A DNA stretch of 64,000 nt from a virus. Position numbers and translations under genes: made by a program. Shown here one piece after another: positions 18,902 to 29,475 of the stretch (position 1 is the stretch's first letter; the number at the start of each line of letters is the position of its first letter). Location of the stretch: the IMG/VR virus record IMGVR_UViG_3300021142_000023, positions 12,453 to 76,452 of that record; one strand, given 5' to 3'. A model generated the notes under the pieces. The model had not been told where the DNA came from and searched no databases. It saw only the letters and a list, made by a program, of their open reading frames with translations.

Positions 18902-21541
18902 ATGGCCCAGATTACCACCATACAGCCTCTAGATTTTCTTAAGAACAGTCGTTCTATAATAAATCAAAATTTTGTTAACTTAAATAATGGGCTTTCTGCT
19001 TTAAGTTTATCTTTATCGGCTTTAAGCGCTAACGGTACAGGCACGTCTTATCCTACTCGTAACTTAGAGGTAAACAACTACGGAATGACCCAGTATGGCT
19101 TAAATGACAAAATTACCCTAGGAGCGGCTAATGTAGTAATACAAACCTTAAGTCCGTTATTAAACGGAGATATTGTTGTTAACGCTAATAATGGTATTAT
19201 TAAACATGTTAGTGAAGGACCTGGTACTCAATTGGTAGATAACTGCCACGACACAGAATATGGTGGCAGTTGGTTAGAGTTTTATAGAACCAACACTTTA
19301 AGTGGTTTAAATATTTTAAACGGTACTGCTTATAATATAAGAAACTTACCGTATTTAGAGTCAGTCGGTCCATTATCTTCAACAACAGTACCAATGGACG
19401 CACTTGTTTTCGGTGGTACAGATAATGATACAAGCTTATATTTTTCTTCTAGTTTTGGCAACCCGTACACTGTTCCAGGCATATATGTACCATCAGTAAA
19501 TAATGCTGCGCTAGGTCGCAAGCTTGAACTAAATGGGCCCGGAGTGGTTGCACAAGAACTTACTATCGGTGGCCAGTTAAGATTTAATCCTGACAACTTT
19601 GACGGTTTTTATACAAGTACTAATAGTAACCTTCACATAAAGACGGACTTAAATCATGCGTTATTAAGTGCTGATAGCGCTAGTGGTATTAATATAGTAG
19701 CAGATGTTATTAACATTAGCACCGCTCACACATTAAAAAATGGTAATATTGTTATCTCTGCCAATAATGGTATTATACAGCATTATAGTTGGGGGCCTGG
19801 TACACAACTAATAGACGATTTACACGATACCCAATATGGTGGTACATGGTTAGAGTTTTATAGAGTAAACAGTACAGGCAGTGTTAATATATTAAACGGT
19901 ACTGCTTATAATATAAGAAACTTACCGTATTTAAACACCACTGGGCCACTATCTTCGATCACATCTCCAATAGATGCGTTGGTTTTCGGGGGTACAGATA
20001 ATAATACAAGTTTGTATTTTTCTTCTAGTTTTGGAGATCCATACACTGTTCCGGGTATATACATACCATCAGTAAATAATGCTTCCCAAGGACGTAAGCT
20101 TGAACTGAACGGGCCCGGCGTGGTAATGCAAGAACTTACAGTTGGGGGCCAGTTAAGATTTAACCCTGACAACTTTGACGGTTTTTATACAAGTACTAAT
20201 AGTAACTTTTATATTAAAACAGATTCAATTAATACAACTTTAAGTGCAGATAGCGCTAGTGGTATTAATGTTTATGGAGATGTTATTAATATTACTACAA
20301 CCAACCCGCTTAAAAACGGTAATATTACATTAAACCCGAACAATGGTTTTGTTATTGTTGACACAGAAGGACCCGGTCTACAAATTAAAGATAACTGTCA
20401 TAACACCTTGTATGGTGGTACTTGGGTAGAATTTTATAGAACAAATGCTAACAATCCTGTTTTTAACGGAACCGCATATACAATAAGAGATTTACCTAAT
20501 TTCCCTGTTCAAAATAATGCTAATGATACTTTAGCATTGGCAGGCATGACACATGATACTAGTATATTAATAGCCGGTTATTTAGATTATAATAGATACA
20601 ACCCTGGTATTTATATTCCTTCTTATAATAATAGCTCGTTAAGTAGTGCTAGAGTTGAAATTACAGGACATGGTGGTTTAATAGCAAACTCTCTTTTAGT
20701 AGGTGGTCAAACGCTATATGGGGATATATACACAACCCCAAACTCTTCTATCAACTTTTTTATTGGCTGTCAGCATTCAACAAGTAGTTCAATATTAAGC
20801 GCTGAACAAAATGCAGTACTTTACGCTAACGATATTACAATAAGTACAGTTAACCCGCTATTAAATGGTAATATTACATTAGCTTCAAACAACGGTTATG
20901 TTATCGTTGATAGTGGTGGTCCAGGTTTACAGATTAAAGACAACCTTCGTGGAAATACTAACGGTGGAAGTTGGATAGAATTTTATAGAACTAATGCAGC
21001 TTCCGGAATATTTGAAGGCACCGCGTACGCAATAAAAGACATTTCAAGCTTTACAACGTTGGGTATTGACACGTTAGGTATAATGGGTACTAATAGTGAT
21101 GCTAATATATACCTAGCCGCTAATACAGATTATCATGACGATACACCTGCTATTTTAATAACCTCTACTAATAATGCTGCATCGAGTGGTACTGGTGTTT
21201 CAGTTTTAGGTACTAACGGTTTGTTTGCCCGGGCTTTAACAGTTGGCAATACCCCTTATATTGGTACTACAGCTCCTTCAGCTAATACTAACTTTGAAAT
21301 TTCGTATAACGATTTTACACATACAGTTTACTTAAGTGCTCTAGAAGCTACTACTACTCTACAAATCGGTTCAGTAAGTACAATTAATTTTGCTGACAAC
21401 TCTACACAAACAACAGCGTATACAGGGGCATATACACCCGCTGTACCTTCAAACTGGAATGGAGCTGCCCCTACAACAATACAAGGCGCGTTAGATAGAA
21501 TAGCTGCTGCTATTAAAGCCTTGAACGGAGTAGGACCATAA
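18902..21541 (+). CDS. Fibre/adhesin-like structural protein with four ~180-192 aa repeats
   Basis: Repeated L-NG-I---NNG---GPG-Q--D------GG-W-EFYR-N unit; late promoter at 18883. Confidence 0.7.
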   Translation: MAQITTIQPLDFLKNSRSIINQNFVNLNNGLSALSLSLSALSANGTGTSYPTRNLEVNNYGMTQYGLNDKITLGAANVVIQTLSPLLNGDIVVNANNGIIKHVSEGPGTQLVDNCHDTEYGGSWLEFYRTNTLSGLNILNGTAYNIRNLPYLESVGPLSSTTVPMDALVFGGTDNDTSLYFSSSFGNPYTVPGIYVPSVNNAALGRKLELNGPGVVAQELTIGGQLRFNPDNFDGFYTSTNSNLHIKTDLNHALLSADSASGINIVADVINISTAHTLKNGNIVISANNGIIQHYSWGPGTQLIDDLHDTQYGGTWLEFYRVNSTGSVNILNGTAYNIRNLPYLNTTGPLSSITSPIDALVFGGTDNNTSLYFSSSFGDPYTVPGIYIPSVNNASQGRKLELNGPGVVMQELTVGGQLRFNPDNFDGFYTSTNSNFYIKTDSINTTLSADSASGINVYGDVINITTTNPLKNGNITLNPNNGFVIVDTEGPGLQIKDNCHNTLYGGTWVEFYRTNANNPVFNGTAYTIRDLPNFPVQNNANDTLALAGMTHDTSILIAGYLDYNRYNPGIYIPSYNNSSLSSARVEITGHGGLIANSLLVGGQTLYGDIYTTPNSSINFFIGCQHSTSSSILSAEQNAVLYANDITISTVNPLLNGNITLASNNGYVIVDSGGPGLQIKDNLRGNTNGGSWIEFYRTNAASGIFEGTAYAIKDISSFTTLGIDTLGIMGTNSDANIYLAANTDYHDDTPAILITSTNNAASSGTGVSVLGTNGLFARALTVGNTPYIGTTAPSANTNFEISYNDFTHTVYLSALEATTTLQIGSVSTINFADNSTQTTAYTGAYTPAVPSNWNGAAPTTIQGALDRIAAAIKALNGVGP
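19160..20400 (+). repeat. Intragenic tandem duplication, 576-nt period
   Basis: aaacggtactgcttataatataagaaacttaccgtattta at ~19318 and ~19894; ggccagttaagatt...actaatagtaac at 19571 and 20147. Confidence 0.85.
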
Positions 21542-21544
21542 TTT

Positions 21545-24298
21545 ATGTATTGGAATAGAAACTTATTTCCTGGTTTATCGGGTGGTGGTAGTGGTGGTCC
21601 TACAGACCAACTTATAAACGGTTCAAATACAGTTACATTATCTACAGATGGTAATCTGTACTTTAATAACGGTACTGCGATAGCTTTTAGCGATAAATCA
21701 GCAATAAGTTCAGGAGAAATTATTGCACCACCAGGTGGTTCAGCAGGTATATATAGTAATAGCTTTAATCAAATAGTTTTTGCTCAAGACGACGGTGCCT
21801 GGATACAAACTAGTGTAGATAACGGTGGATCCCTGTTTAATAATTGGAATTTTGATTTAAGTGGCCGGTTAATATTACCTTCAGCTGCAATAGACCCGCA
21901 ATCTCAAGCTGGTACTAGTATAGGGTTAAGCGGTACAATAGTATTTCCAGACGGTTCAATACAAACTACAGCTTACATTAGTGGTAGTAGTGGCGGTGGT
22001 ACAGGCAACATATCATTTAGTGCTTCTACTTTAACAGGACCAGGTTACAGTGTTGACGGTGGTCGTATCAACATACAGCCTACTGTTGATTCACCTAATA
22101 CATTAGCTCTTTACCCTACGGTAGATAACGACATACATATATTTGAAAATAGTGCTCTACAAGGTGGTGTTACATTAGGTAACTATGGTAAGAGCTATGT
22201 TAGTGTGTGGGGTAACGGTGGAACAAACCCAACAGTAGATAATATTGCTATAGGTACAGTTAACGCTGGTGTTATTACATTAGCTACAAACACACCAGGG
22301 GCAGGTTCAAGTGGTGGTAGTAGCAAGACTTGGACATATGGTACTGATGGTGTATTAACAACTCCAGATAATAGCTCTATTAAATCTAATAGTGGCAGTT
22401 TAGGGTTACTTAACAGCGATGGCAATAGTTATATCGACATTCAGGCAGGTGGAATCTACTTATACACTGACTATGAGAACAATGAGTACGAATGGCACTT
22501 TGGCACAGATGGTAGTTTAACATTACCTGGTATTATAACATTACCAAGTGGTCAAGGACAAATCGGAGTTAATAGTAATGCTGGCTTAGATATTATTAAT
22601 AACACCTCTTCCTACGGCTATGTAACATTAAACTACAACAATCAGTCTTATGTTACAGCTAATTCAACCGGGGTACAAATTACTACTGTCAATAGTCCAG
22701 CAATTACTTGGACATATAGTAGTACTAACGGTGGTACGTTTACCCTACCTACAGGTGGAACTATTACAGAAGGTACAAGCCCTGCAGGTATAGGCAATGC
22801 TATAACACTTACCCCAGCTGGTGGTAGTGATCCTAACCAACAGTTATTACTATACCCAACAGTAGCAGAAGGTAATCATTTACATTTAACTACTGGAGCA
22901 TTAAGTGCAACAAGTCTATTTTTAGGTAATGATTCTCAATACGCAAGAACTCGCGCCGATGGTGCTATGGTTATTGGTACAGGAGATTCATATCCTGATG
23001 TGGCTGGGTACGGCTCGCGGTGGACATTTGATACAAGCGGTGCATTAACCTTACCTAACAGTACTTTAAGTGGTACGTTAGTATTTCCTGATGGTTCAAT
23101 ACAGACAACAGCTTACACAGGTGGCGGTGGTGGTTCAGGCGCTTCTGGTTACAGCGGTATTTCAGGCTATTCTGGCGCAGCAGGTGCACAAGGTGCGCAA
23201 GGAGCTATCGGTAATAACGGACCAATGGGTGCTTCTGGCTATTCAGGGGCAAATGGAGCCCAGGGTACTCAAGGCGCACAAGGTACCACTGGTGCTCAAG
23301 GTGCTGCTGGTACTTCTGGTTATAGCGGTCCTACAGGTCCTGCAGGTAATCCTGCTCCAGTACCTTATTTAAGAGGTAGTAGAAACACCAGACAGGCAAT
23401 AGCATTAAGCGGTGCTGTAGTGTTTAATACTGCTGACGCCGATCTTGGTCAAGGTTATATCTCGCTCAACACTTCTACCGGTGTTATTACATTATCTGCT
23501 GGTTACACATATTCATTAAGAGCTGAGGTACCTGCTGTTTCTGCTAGTGCTGGTGGTGGTCAAGTTGCTTTTGGTTGGGTTAATAATACAACAGGAGCAC
23601 AAATAGGCAGTGTAAGTCCGATATATGGTTCTACAAGTAATGCTGCGTATTTAGCACTTGGTGGTGTTGCTGCAGCTATTATTACTCCAGGTACAACCAC
23701 TAATGTATCTTTACAGCTATTAAACAATAGTGCTGGTAACGTGGGTATTAATGGTAATACAGATTTCCCTGTAAATACTAACCCTTGGTTCGAAATACAG
23801 GTAGCTGGTCAAGGTGGTATATCTGGTTTTTCTGGTTTTAGTGGCCCAGGCGCCAACCAAACGCTTAATACAACTAGTAATGTAACACATCAAAGTTTGT
23901 CTGCCTATTCTGTGTCCTCTGTTAACTTAATTACAACCGGTGATATTAGTGTTGGTGGTAATTTAACAGCAATTGGTGGTATTCGCAAAAGTGCTAGAGT
24001 GCTTACTACAACCGCTACATTGACAGTGGCAGATGCTAGCGGATTTATTGAATTTGCTGGTTCAGGGGCATATACTGTCACACTACCAGACCCAACACAG
24101 GCTGCTAACTCAGGTATAGGTTATAGATTCTGGCAAAATACCGCACAGAATATTACATTAAGCACACCGGCAGGCAACTTCTATGGACCAAATGGTAATA
24201 GCACAAACACAAAAGTTTTGGCACAGGCCACCACACAATATTGGGATGTATGGAGTGATGGTTACAACTGGGCAGTATTTGGAATTAAAACGGTATGA
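21545..24298 (+). CDS. Tail fibre-like protein with collagen-like segment
   Basis: W-(F/Y)-x-x-(D/S)-G-x-L-x-x-P repeats, LSGT(I/L)VFPDGSIQTTAY twice, GAQ/GYSG Gly-X-Y repeats at ~23140-23350. Confidence 0.75.
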   Translation: MYWNRNLFPGLSGGGSGGPTDQLINGSNTVTLSTDGNLYFNNGTAIAFSDKSAISSGEIIAPPGGSAGIYSNSFNQIVFAQDDGAWIQTSVDNGGSLFNNWNFDLSGRLILPSAAIDPQSQAGTSIGLSGTIVFPDGSIQTTAYISGSSGGGTGNISFSASTLTGPGYSVDGGRINIQPTVDSPNTLALYPTVDNDIHIFENSALQGGVTLGNYGKSYVSVWGNGGTNPTVDNIAIGTVNAGVITLATNTPGAGSSGGSSKTWTYGTDGVLTTPDNSSIKSNSGSLGLLNSDGNSYIDIQAGGIYLYTDYENNEYEWHFGTDGSLTLPGIITLPSGQGQIGVNSNAGLDIINNTSSYGYVTLNYNNQSYVTANSTGVQITTVNSPAITWTYSSTNGGTFTLPTGGTITEGTSPAGIGNAITLTPAGGSDPNQQLLLYPTVAEGNHLHLTTGALSATSLFLGNDSQYARTRADGAMVIGTGDSYPDVAGYGSRWTFDTSGALTLPNSTLSGTLVFPDGSIQTTAYTGGGGGSGASGYSGISGYSGAAGAQGAQGAIGNNGPMGASGYSGANGAQGTQGAQGTTGAQGAAGTSGYSGPTGPAGNPAPVPYLRGSRNTRQAIALSGAVVFNTADADLGQGYISLNTSTGVITLSAGYTYSLRAEVPAVSASAGGGQVAFGWVNNTTGAQIGSVSPIYGSTSNAAYLALGGVAAAIITPGTTTNVSLQLLNNSAGNVGINGNTDFPVNTNPWFEIQVAGQGGISGFSGFSGPGANQTLNTTSNVTHQSLSAYSVSSVNLITTGDISVGGNLTAIGGIRKSARVLTTTATLTVADASGFIEFAGSGAYTVTLPDPTQAANSGIGYRFWQNTAQNITLSTPAGNFYGPNGNSTNTKVLAQATTQYWDVWSDGYNWAVFGIKTV

Positions 24299-24453
24299 CA
24301 ATCGTTATAATAAACAATAACACAGCATTTATATTCTATTGTTAATTATATCCGGGTCAAATAAAAAATAATAAAAAAAAATATTAGTATTTTATATAAT
24401 AGTATACAAAACATACTTAAATACTATAAATAATTTGTAACTACTAAAATTTT

Positions 24454-24763
24454 ATGGCATTCTACAACGTATATAACCCAATTGGTGTTTCAGGTCTGGT
24501 GGCGTGCTGCTTCTCCTGCCAATGCTTGGGGTCAGAATAACCTACAAATTAGAAAGAGCGGTTCCACACAAACCATAACACAAACAAACCCACTATCGGG
24601 TAACGGTTACAGTCAGATTACATCAAAAGTTATATACTTAAACGGCTCCGGAGATTATTTAGATTTTACCGCTTATAGTAATCAATCTGGTGGACAAGGT
24701 ATACAGTATGGTAGCGGTGTGGGTCTAGGCACATACTTTAGTGTGTTCTTAATAAGTAGATAA
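24454..24763 (+). pseudogene. Probable fibre gene remnant with internal deletion/frameshift
   Basis: TATAAATA (24425-24432), then ATG 24454 MAFYNVYNPIGVSG... stopping at 24540; a C1q/TNF-like fibre tip (FQVWW...VIYLNGSGDYLDFTAY...TYFSVFLI) lies in the +1 frame. Confidence 0.6.
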
Positions 24764-24823
24764 TATTACTGGCATTTTAGTAAATCCAGTATATAATAAC
24801 AACCTACAGTGTAAATATTAACA

Positions 24824-26659
24824 ATGGCTCAACCACAGCAAAACTTTTTTCAGAAATCTTTTAACAATTTTGTTAATAAACTGCCATACACTGGTAACTC
24901 TACGGTTATAGATAATATTGCTGAGTTAAATCCGAAGTTTGAGACATTTTATAAAATAGGTAGTTCTCAACAAGAAAGAAACCTAAGACAAGCTGTTTCA
25001 GTTGTACAAGATCCTAATAATCCTCAAAGTAACCTAAACGGGGTTATCATTGACAAAGGTTATCATGATTATCTTTATGCTTTAATCGATACAGATAAAG
25101 CAAAGAGAGTGGCTGATTACCGTGTTATGGCTTCTTATGCAGAAATCAGCCATGCATTAGATGAAATTTGCGATGAAGCTCTAGTTAAAGACGATAAAGG
25201 TAAATACGCCCAGTTACATTTAAGCGAAAAACTAGAAGAGAATCAAAAGAAAGAAATTCAAAAGAGCTTTGATTACGTAATGGACCTGTTCAACCTTAAT
25301 AACAGAGGTTGGGAATACTTTAGAACACTTTTAATCGATGCTGAAGTATTCTTTGAAAACGTAATCAACGAAGAGAATAAAGAAGCTGGTATTATTAGTT
25401 TAGTACAAATACCTACAGAGCATATTAATCCTATTTTTGATAATGTTCAGAATATGATCATTAAAGGTTACTTGCTTCGTAAGCCAGTACCTAAAGATGA
25501 TAAGACGGGCGGTTTTAATGTTAATAACAGAGGTCCTTCTGGTGGTCCAAAGAAAGACGGTATGGAACTTATACCTCTTGAACGCCACCAAGTAACTTAT
25601 TTCCATTCTCACACTTGGAACGAAAACAAAACGATTCGTTTACCGTATTTAGAAGTAGCCCGCCGTGCATATAAACAACTGAGCTTGATTGAAGATAGTA
25701 TTGTTGTTTATCGTTTAGTTCGTGCACCAGAGCGTTTAGCATTCTATGTTGATGTTGGTAATATGCCTGCAGCAAAAGCAGAAGCTTATTTAAAACGTCT
25801 GATGCAGAACTACTGGTCAAAACGTACATATGATAGTAGCCAAGGTGGTAATGTAAACGTGTATGACCCTCAATCAATGTTAGATAGTTATTGGTTTGCT
25901 CGTCGTAACGGTCAAGATGGTACTGATGTTAAAGTGCTTAACGGTGGTCAGAACTTAGGTAAACTAGAAGACTTAAATTACTTTGTTAATAAGCTGTATA
26001 AAGCATTACGAGTACCTTCAAGTAGGTTAAACCCAGATACAAAATTTGCTGATGGCGGTGAAATTTTACGTGAAGAGTTAAAGTTTGCTAAGCTTATTAT
26101 TAGATTACAAACACACTTTGCATCTACTATTAAAGATACATTCGTAACTCACCTTAAGCTTAAAGGCTTATGGGGCGAATATAAGCTAAGAGAAAACGAC
26201 ATAGCAGTCACGCTTAATCCACCTTCACACTTTGCCGCAGTAAGAGATCAACAGTTACTACAGATTAGATGGGATAACTTAAAGAGCGCTACACAAACAG
26301 AAAACTTAGTAGCTAAGTCTTATGCTCTTAAGAAGTATCTAGGTTGGAACGATGATGAACTTATCGCTAATAGGGAATGGCAGCGTAAAGATGCTGCTTT
26401 ACAATTTGAACTAGAAAAGATAGCTACACTCGGTAAGAACTGGGAAGAAGCAATGACCGGTGGTGCACCTGGGCAACCAGGTGTAGGTGGTGGTGGCGCT
26501 GCTCCAGGAGCTAATAGCGCTCCAGCATTCGGCCCTGGACCAGGCGGTCCTGAAGCTGGTGCTGAACCAGGTGCAGAAGGTGAACCAGGTGCTCCAGGTG
26601 CTGCTCCAGCTCCACGTGGTGCTCCAGCAGCTGCTCCAGGTAGCGCTTTACCAACTTAA
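24824..26659 (+). CDS. gp20: Portal vertex protein
   Basis: YR.MA...EI..A.DEI, L.LIEDSIVVYRL.RAPER..FYVDVGNMP..KAE.YL, GGQNLG, LYKAL.VP.SR, I.REELKF. Confidence 0.96.
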   Translation: MAQPQQNFFQKSFNNFVNKLPYTGNSTVIDNIAELNPKFETFYKIGSSQQERNLRQAVSVVQDPNNPQSNLNGVIIDKGYHDYLYALIDTDKAKRVADYRVMASYAEISHALDEICDEALVKDDKGKYAQLHLSEKLEENQKKEIQKSFDYVMDLFNLNNRGWEYFRTLLIDAEVFFENVINEENKEAGIISLVQIPTEHINPIFDNVQNMIIKGYLLRKPVPKDDKTGGFNVNNRGPSGGPKKDGMELIPLERHQVTYFHSHTWNENKTIRLPYLEVARRAYKQLSLIEDSIVVYRLVRAPERLAFYVDVGNMPAAKAEAYLKRLMQNYWSKRTYDSSQGGNVNVYDPQSMLDSYWFARRNGQDGTDVKVLNGGQNLGKLEDLNYFVNKLYKALRVPSSRLNPDTKFADGGEILREELKFAKLIIRLQTHFASTIKDTFVTHLKLKGLWGEYKLRENDIAVTLNPPSHFAAVRDQQLLQIRWDNLKSATQTENLVAKSYALKKYLGWNDDELIANREWQRKDAALQFELEKIATLGKNWEEAMTGGAPGQPGVGGGGAAPGANSAPAFGPGPGGPEAGAEPGAEGEPGAPGAAPAPRGAPAAAPGSALPT

Positions 26660-27840
26660 CCTAAGAAGAACATTGGAGGTTCTTGAACCTCTGAGTGACC
26701 ACCTTTTAGCTCATCTTCAAGAGCTTTCTTTTCTTCTGTACCTTGTCTCATTAGTTCTTGATACTGTAATGTACCACTACCAAAGAGTTGTGTGTTACCA
26801 AATTTACCACGGGTATTAGCAATGGAAATTTTCATTAACGCCTTAGCGTATTCCATTACCCAACGCTCTTTTACTAAGTCTTTAATAGGTCTTTCTAAAT
26901 ATACACCAATACAAGCAAAATAACGGGCATTATTATTCGAAGAAATAGTTGGATCTGGTGTTATACGCAACACTTGTGTACGCGGGTCAAATCTGCAATA
27001 TTGCTTCATTGCAAACAGTTTTTCGCGAGTCTTTAACCAGTCTTTCAATACATGCCAGGTAATTAAGTCAAATGCTTTACTACCTAAAGAGTAAGCAAAG
27101 TGCATTTGTTGTGCTAATGATTGTTCAATAGTAAATAATGTATTAACACCTTCATTTGAACCTTCTTGAAAGTTATAAATGTCTATTACTTTTCTGTAAG
27201 AGTTTAAATCGTAATCCCAACCAGATTGAAATGTACTGTCCCAACCAGATAGTTCAGGGGTATAGTTAATAAGAGTGTCTAACTTAATACCCTTACCGCC
27301 TGTGTATAGGTTTGAGTCAAATATTAATAGCTCTTCCGTACCCGGTGTAAAACGTGTAAATACCTCAATTGCATATGCAATCATGTCATAAGCTGCTGTA
27401 CAAGCTAACTCTAAATTAATTAAAGGTGCGCCTAGCTGAAAGAAAATACGTTCAGCTAACAAATCGTAACTTATAATTCTACTATTTAAATTAGTGGAAA
27501 GAAATGCAGCAGGTCCAACTGTTGAAACAGTAGTAACAGGGGCTCTATATTCTAAAGCAGAAAATGTATAAGGGCCGCCTGGCTTGGTATTGGGTTGGTC
27601 TATTTGTACTTGTATATAGCCGCTATTTTGACCGGTTAAACCTTGCACAATACTATTTGTAACACCATTACCATTTGTAAACCACCCTACCTGTACATCA
27701 TTAATACTTGGTGTCGGGTTTATAGGAAAAGCAGCACCCGAAGCAGGAAACCCTGTTGTACTGTAAAAAGCTAGAGAGCCACCGCTTACACTATTTACAT
27801 TAGTATAAGCTGGTGTTGGATAGTATTCATATGCCGCCAT
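26656..27840 (-). CDS. gp13: Neck protein (T4 gp13-like)
   Basis: LGAPLINLEL, W...YA.AL.K...RGKF...LFGSG.L...E...LE.EL...PPMFFLG. Confidence 0.85.
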   Translation of the reverse strand: MAAYEYYPTPAYTNVNSVSGGSLAFYSTTGFPASGAAFPINPTPSINDVQVGWFTNGNGVTNSIVQGLTGQNSGYIQVQIDQPNTKPGGPYTFSALEYRAPVTTVSTVGPAAFLSTNLNSRIISYDLLAERIFFQLGAPLINLELACTAAYDMIAYAIEVFTRFTPGTEELLIFDSNLYTGGKGIKLDTLINYTPELSGWDSTFQSGWDYDLNSYRKVIDIYNFQEGSNEGVNTLFTIEQSLAQQMHFAYSLGSKAFDLITWHVLKDWLKTREKLFAMKQYCRFDPRTQVLRITPDPTISSNNNARYFACIGVYLERPIKDLVKERWVMEYAKALMKISIANTRGKFGNTQLFGSGTLQYQELMRQGTEEKKALEDELKGGHSEVQEPPMFFLG

Positions 27841-27848
27841 ACCTATAC

Positions 27849-28346
27849 TTAGGAGGCCATAAGCTTAGGTAGTACTATCTTTACCACTTCTTCCGCACTA
27901 AGAAACGCCTCTTCTACAAACAATCTATCCCACCAAAATCCGAATTGATCTGGTCGTAAATACTTGCGATCCTTAAGAATATTAGTATTTTGCTTATATC
28001 CGTATATGTTTGGATCTGATTGCCCGAATATTACAAAACCATTACGTGTCTTATAGTATGTAGCAAAATGCTGAAAAAAGTTATCTACTGAAAACCAACC
28101 ATCACAATCTTTAATAAGATCTAATAACTCTTGTGGTCCTAAATTATGTTTAATAGCAGATACTCCCTTAAGTACAGTCTCTCCTACAACCCCAATTTGA
28201 ATAACTTCAAGATTTGGTATCTGTTGTTTTAATATTTCAATTACCTGTTCCCAGTAAGGATAGTTTTTTGGGTTTATACCGTTATGACCCTTGCATAGTT
28301 TTTCTTTAGGTAGTTTTTGAGAGTACGGACTAATTACGATTTTCAT
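27849..28346 (-). CDS. Glycosyltransferase-like protein (GT9/heptosyltransferase-like GT-B half)
   Basis: KNYPYW..VI, VIQIG, SVDNFFQH, VIFGQSDP..YGY..N. Confidence 0.6.
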   Translation of the reverse strand: MKIVISPYSQKLPKEKLCKGHNGINPKNYPYWEQVIEILKQQIPNLEVIQIGVVGETVLKGVSAIKHNLGPQELLDLIKDCDGWFSVDNFFQHFATYYKTRNGFVIFGQSDPNIYGYKQNTNILKDRKYLRPDQFGFWWDRLFVEEAFLSAEEVVKIVLPKLMAS

Positions 28347-29398
28347 AGATATACCTTTCTCATTGCATCAACTAAATTGCCTTTCCAGTTATTTTCAAAC
28401 ATAAATTTGTATGTATTTTGCTTTTCAGCGTTGACAAACGGTGCAGCATCGGCTAGCGAACAAAAAGTAACATTTTCTTCATTTATGTCCCAAAAACAAT
28501 CAGCATAGCAACACCCTATTACTATTTTAAAATCTCTATAACGCTTTAATATGTCAGGCAATATCTGTTTAAATGCATAATGATCTCCACGGCCGCTATC
28601 TAGATAATAAAACTTATAGCTGTTTGCCGCCACCCCCCACTCGCGCATTTTATTACGGAATACCATTTCATCTGATTGGAGCATTCTATCATCTTTTTCA
28701 CTACGAATACCGCCAGTTTGGTAATGAAAATGCCAGGTTATTAATCCTAAAACCGCGATCAGTTTCCACCCAGCTTTAAACATTTCATATGTAAAAATAG
28801 TTTCTTCTCTATGACCCTTTCTGGATAGACTCATTTCATAACCATGGGTAGCAGCTGTCACTCTATATATAAACGTGCTACCCTGTAAGTGCTCTACTTC
28901 CTTGAGGGTAGGCTTACCTGTTGTATAAACCCATTGTTCATTTAAGCCCAAATAAATGTCATCCATTTTGTTAGATGCAAGTTTACTAAACATCGGGCTT
29001 TTCGGGTCTACTATAGAAGGACCCACAGCACCTATTTTGTCATCAGAAGTAATAGTATTATAGAGTACCTCAAGATTATTAGGTAGAAGCATATTATCAT
29101 CATCAATACGCCATATAAAAGCTGTGTCACACGTCTTTCGAGCATTTTCATGATTGGTAACTTGACCGGTTTTAGCTCCAGGTATCCAATACCATTGAAT
29201 CCCGGCTAATGTAAAGGCGGCTAGTATATTGTTAATAACATCATTAGTACGTGGATCTGCAAATGTGTCATTATCATCAAACACAATAACTTTGCAAGGC
29301 TTAACGGTTTGACTCAACAGGGATGATAAAACTAATGGCAAAGTCGTATTAGTTCTACCCCTTGTAGAGATTGTTGCAGTAACGTCCTTTAAAATCAT
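28343..29398 (-). CDS. Glycosyltransferase, GT2-like
   Basis: TISTRGR, SLLSQT..P, VFDD, WRIDDD, GAVGP, HREET. Confidence 0.75.
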   Translation of the reverse strand: MILKDVTATISTRGRTNTTLPLVLSSLLSQTVKPCKVIVFDDNDTFADPRTNDVINNILAAFTLAGIQWYWIPGAKTGQVTNHENARKTCDTAFIWRIDDDNMLLPNNLEVLYNTITSDDKIGAVGPSIVDPKSPMFSKLASNKMDDIYLGLNEQWVYTTGKPTLKEVEHLQGSTFIYRVTAATHGYEMSLSRKGHREETIFTYEMFKAGWKLIAVLGLITWHFHYQTGGIRSEKDDRMLQSDEMVFRNKMREWGVAANSYKFYYLDSGRGDHYAFKQILPDILKRYRDFKIVIGCCYADCFWDINEENVTFCSLADAAPFVNAEKQNTYKFMFENNWKGNLVDAMRKVYL

Positions 29399-29475
29399 TA
29401 CTATATTTTATGCTAACCTATTAAAAATACAAGAGATTATATAGTTTTATTGGTATATTAGCATAAGTATACGCA

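Noticed and set aside
24299-24424. A/T-rich gap after the fibre gene as a second C-less tract
   Set aside because: It contains both C and G, is short and is non-coding.
18902-24763. Diversity-generating retroelement acting on fibre genes
   Set aside because: No reverse transcriptase in the window, and the repeat differences are not adenine-specific.
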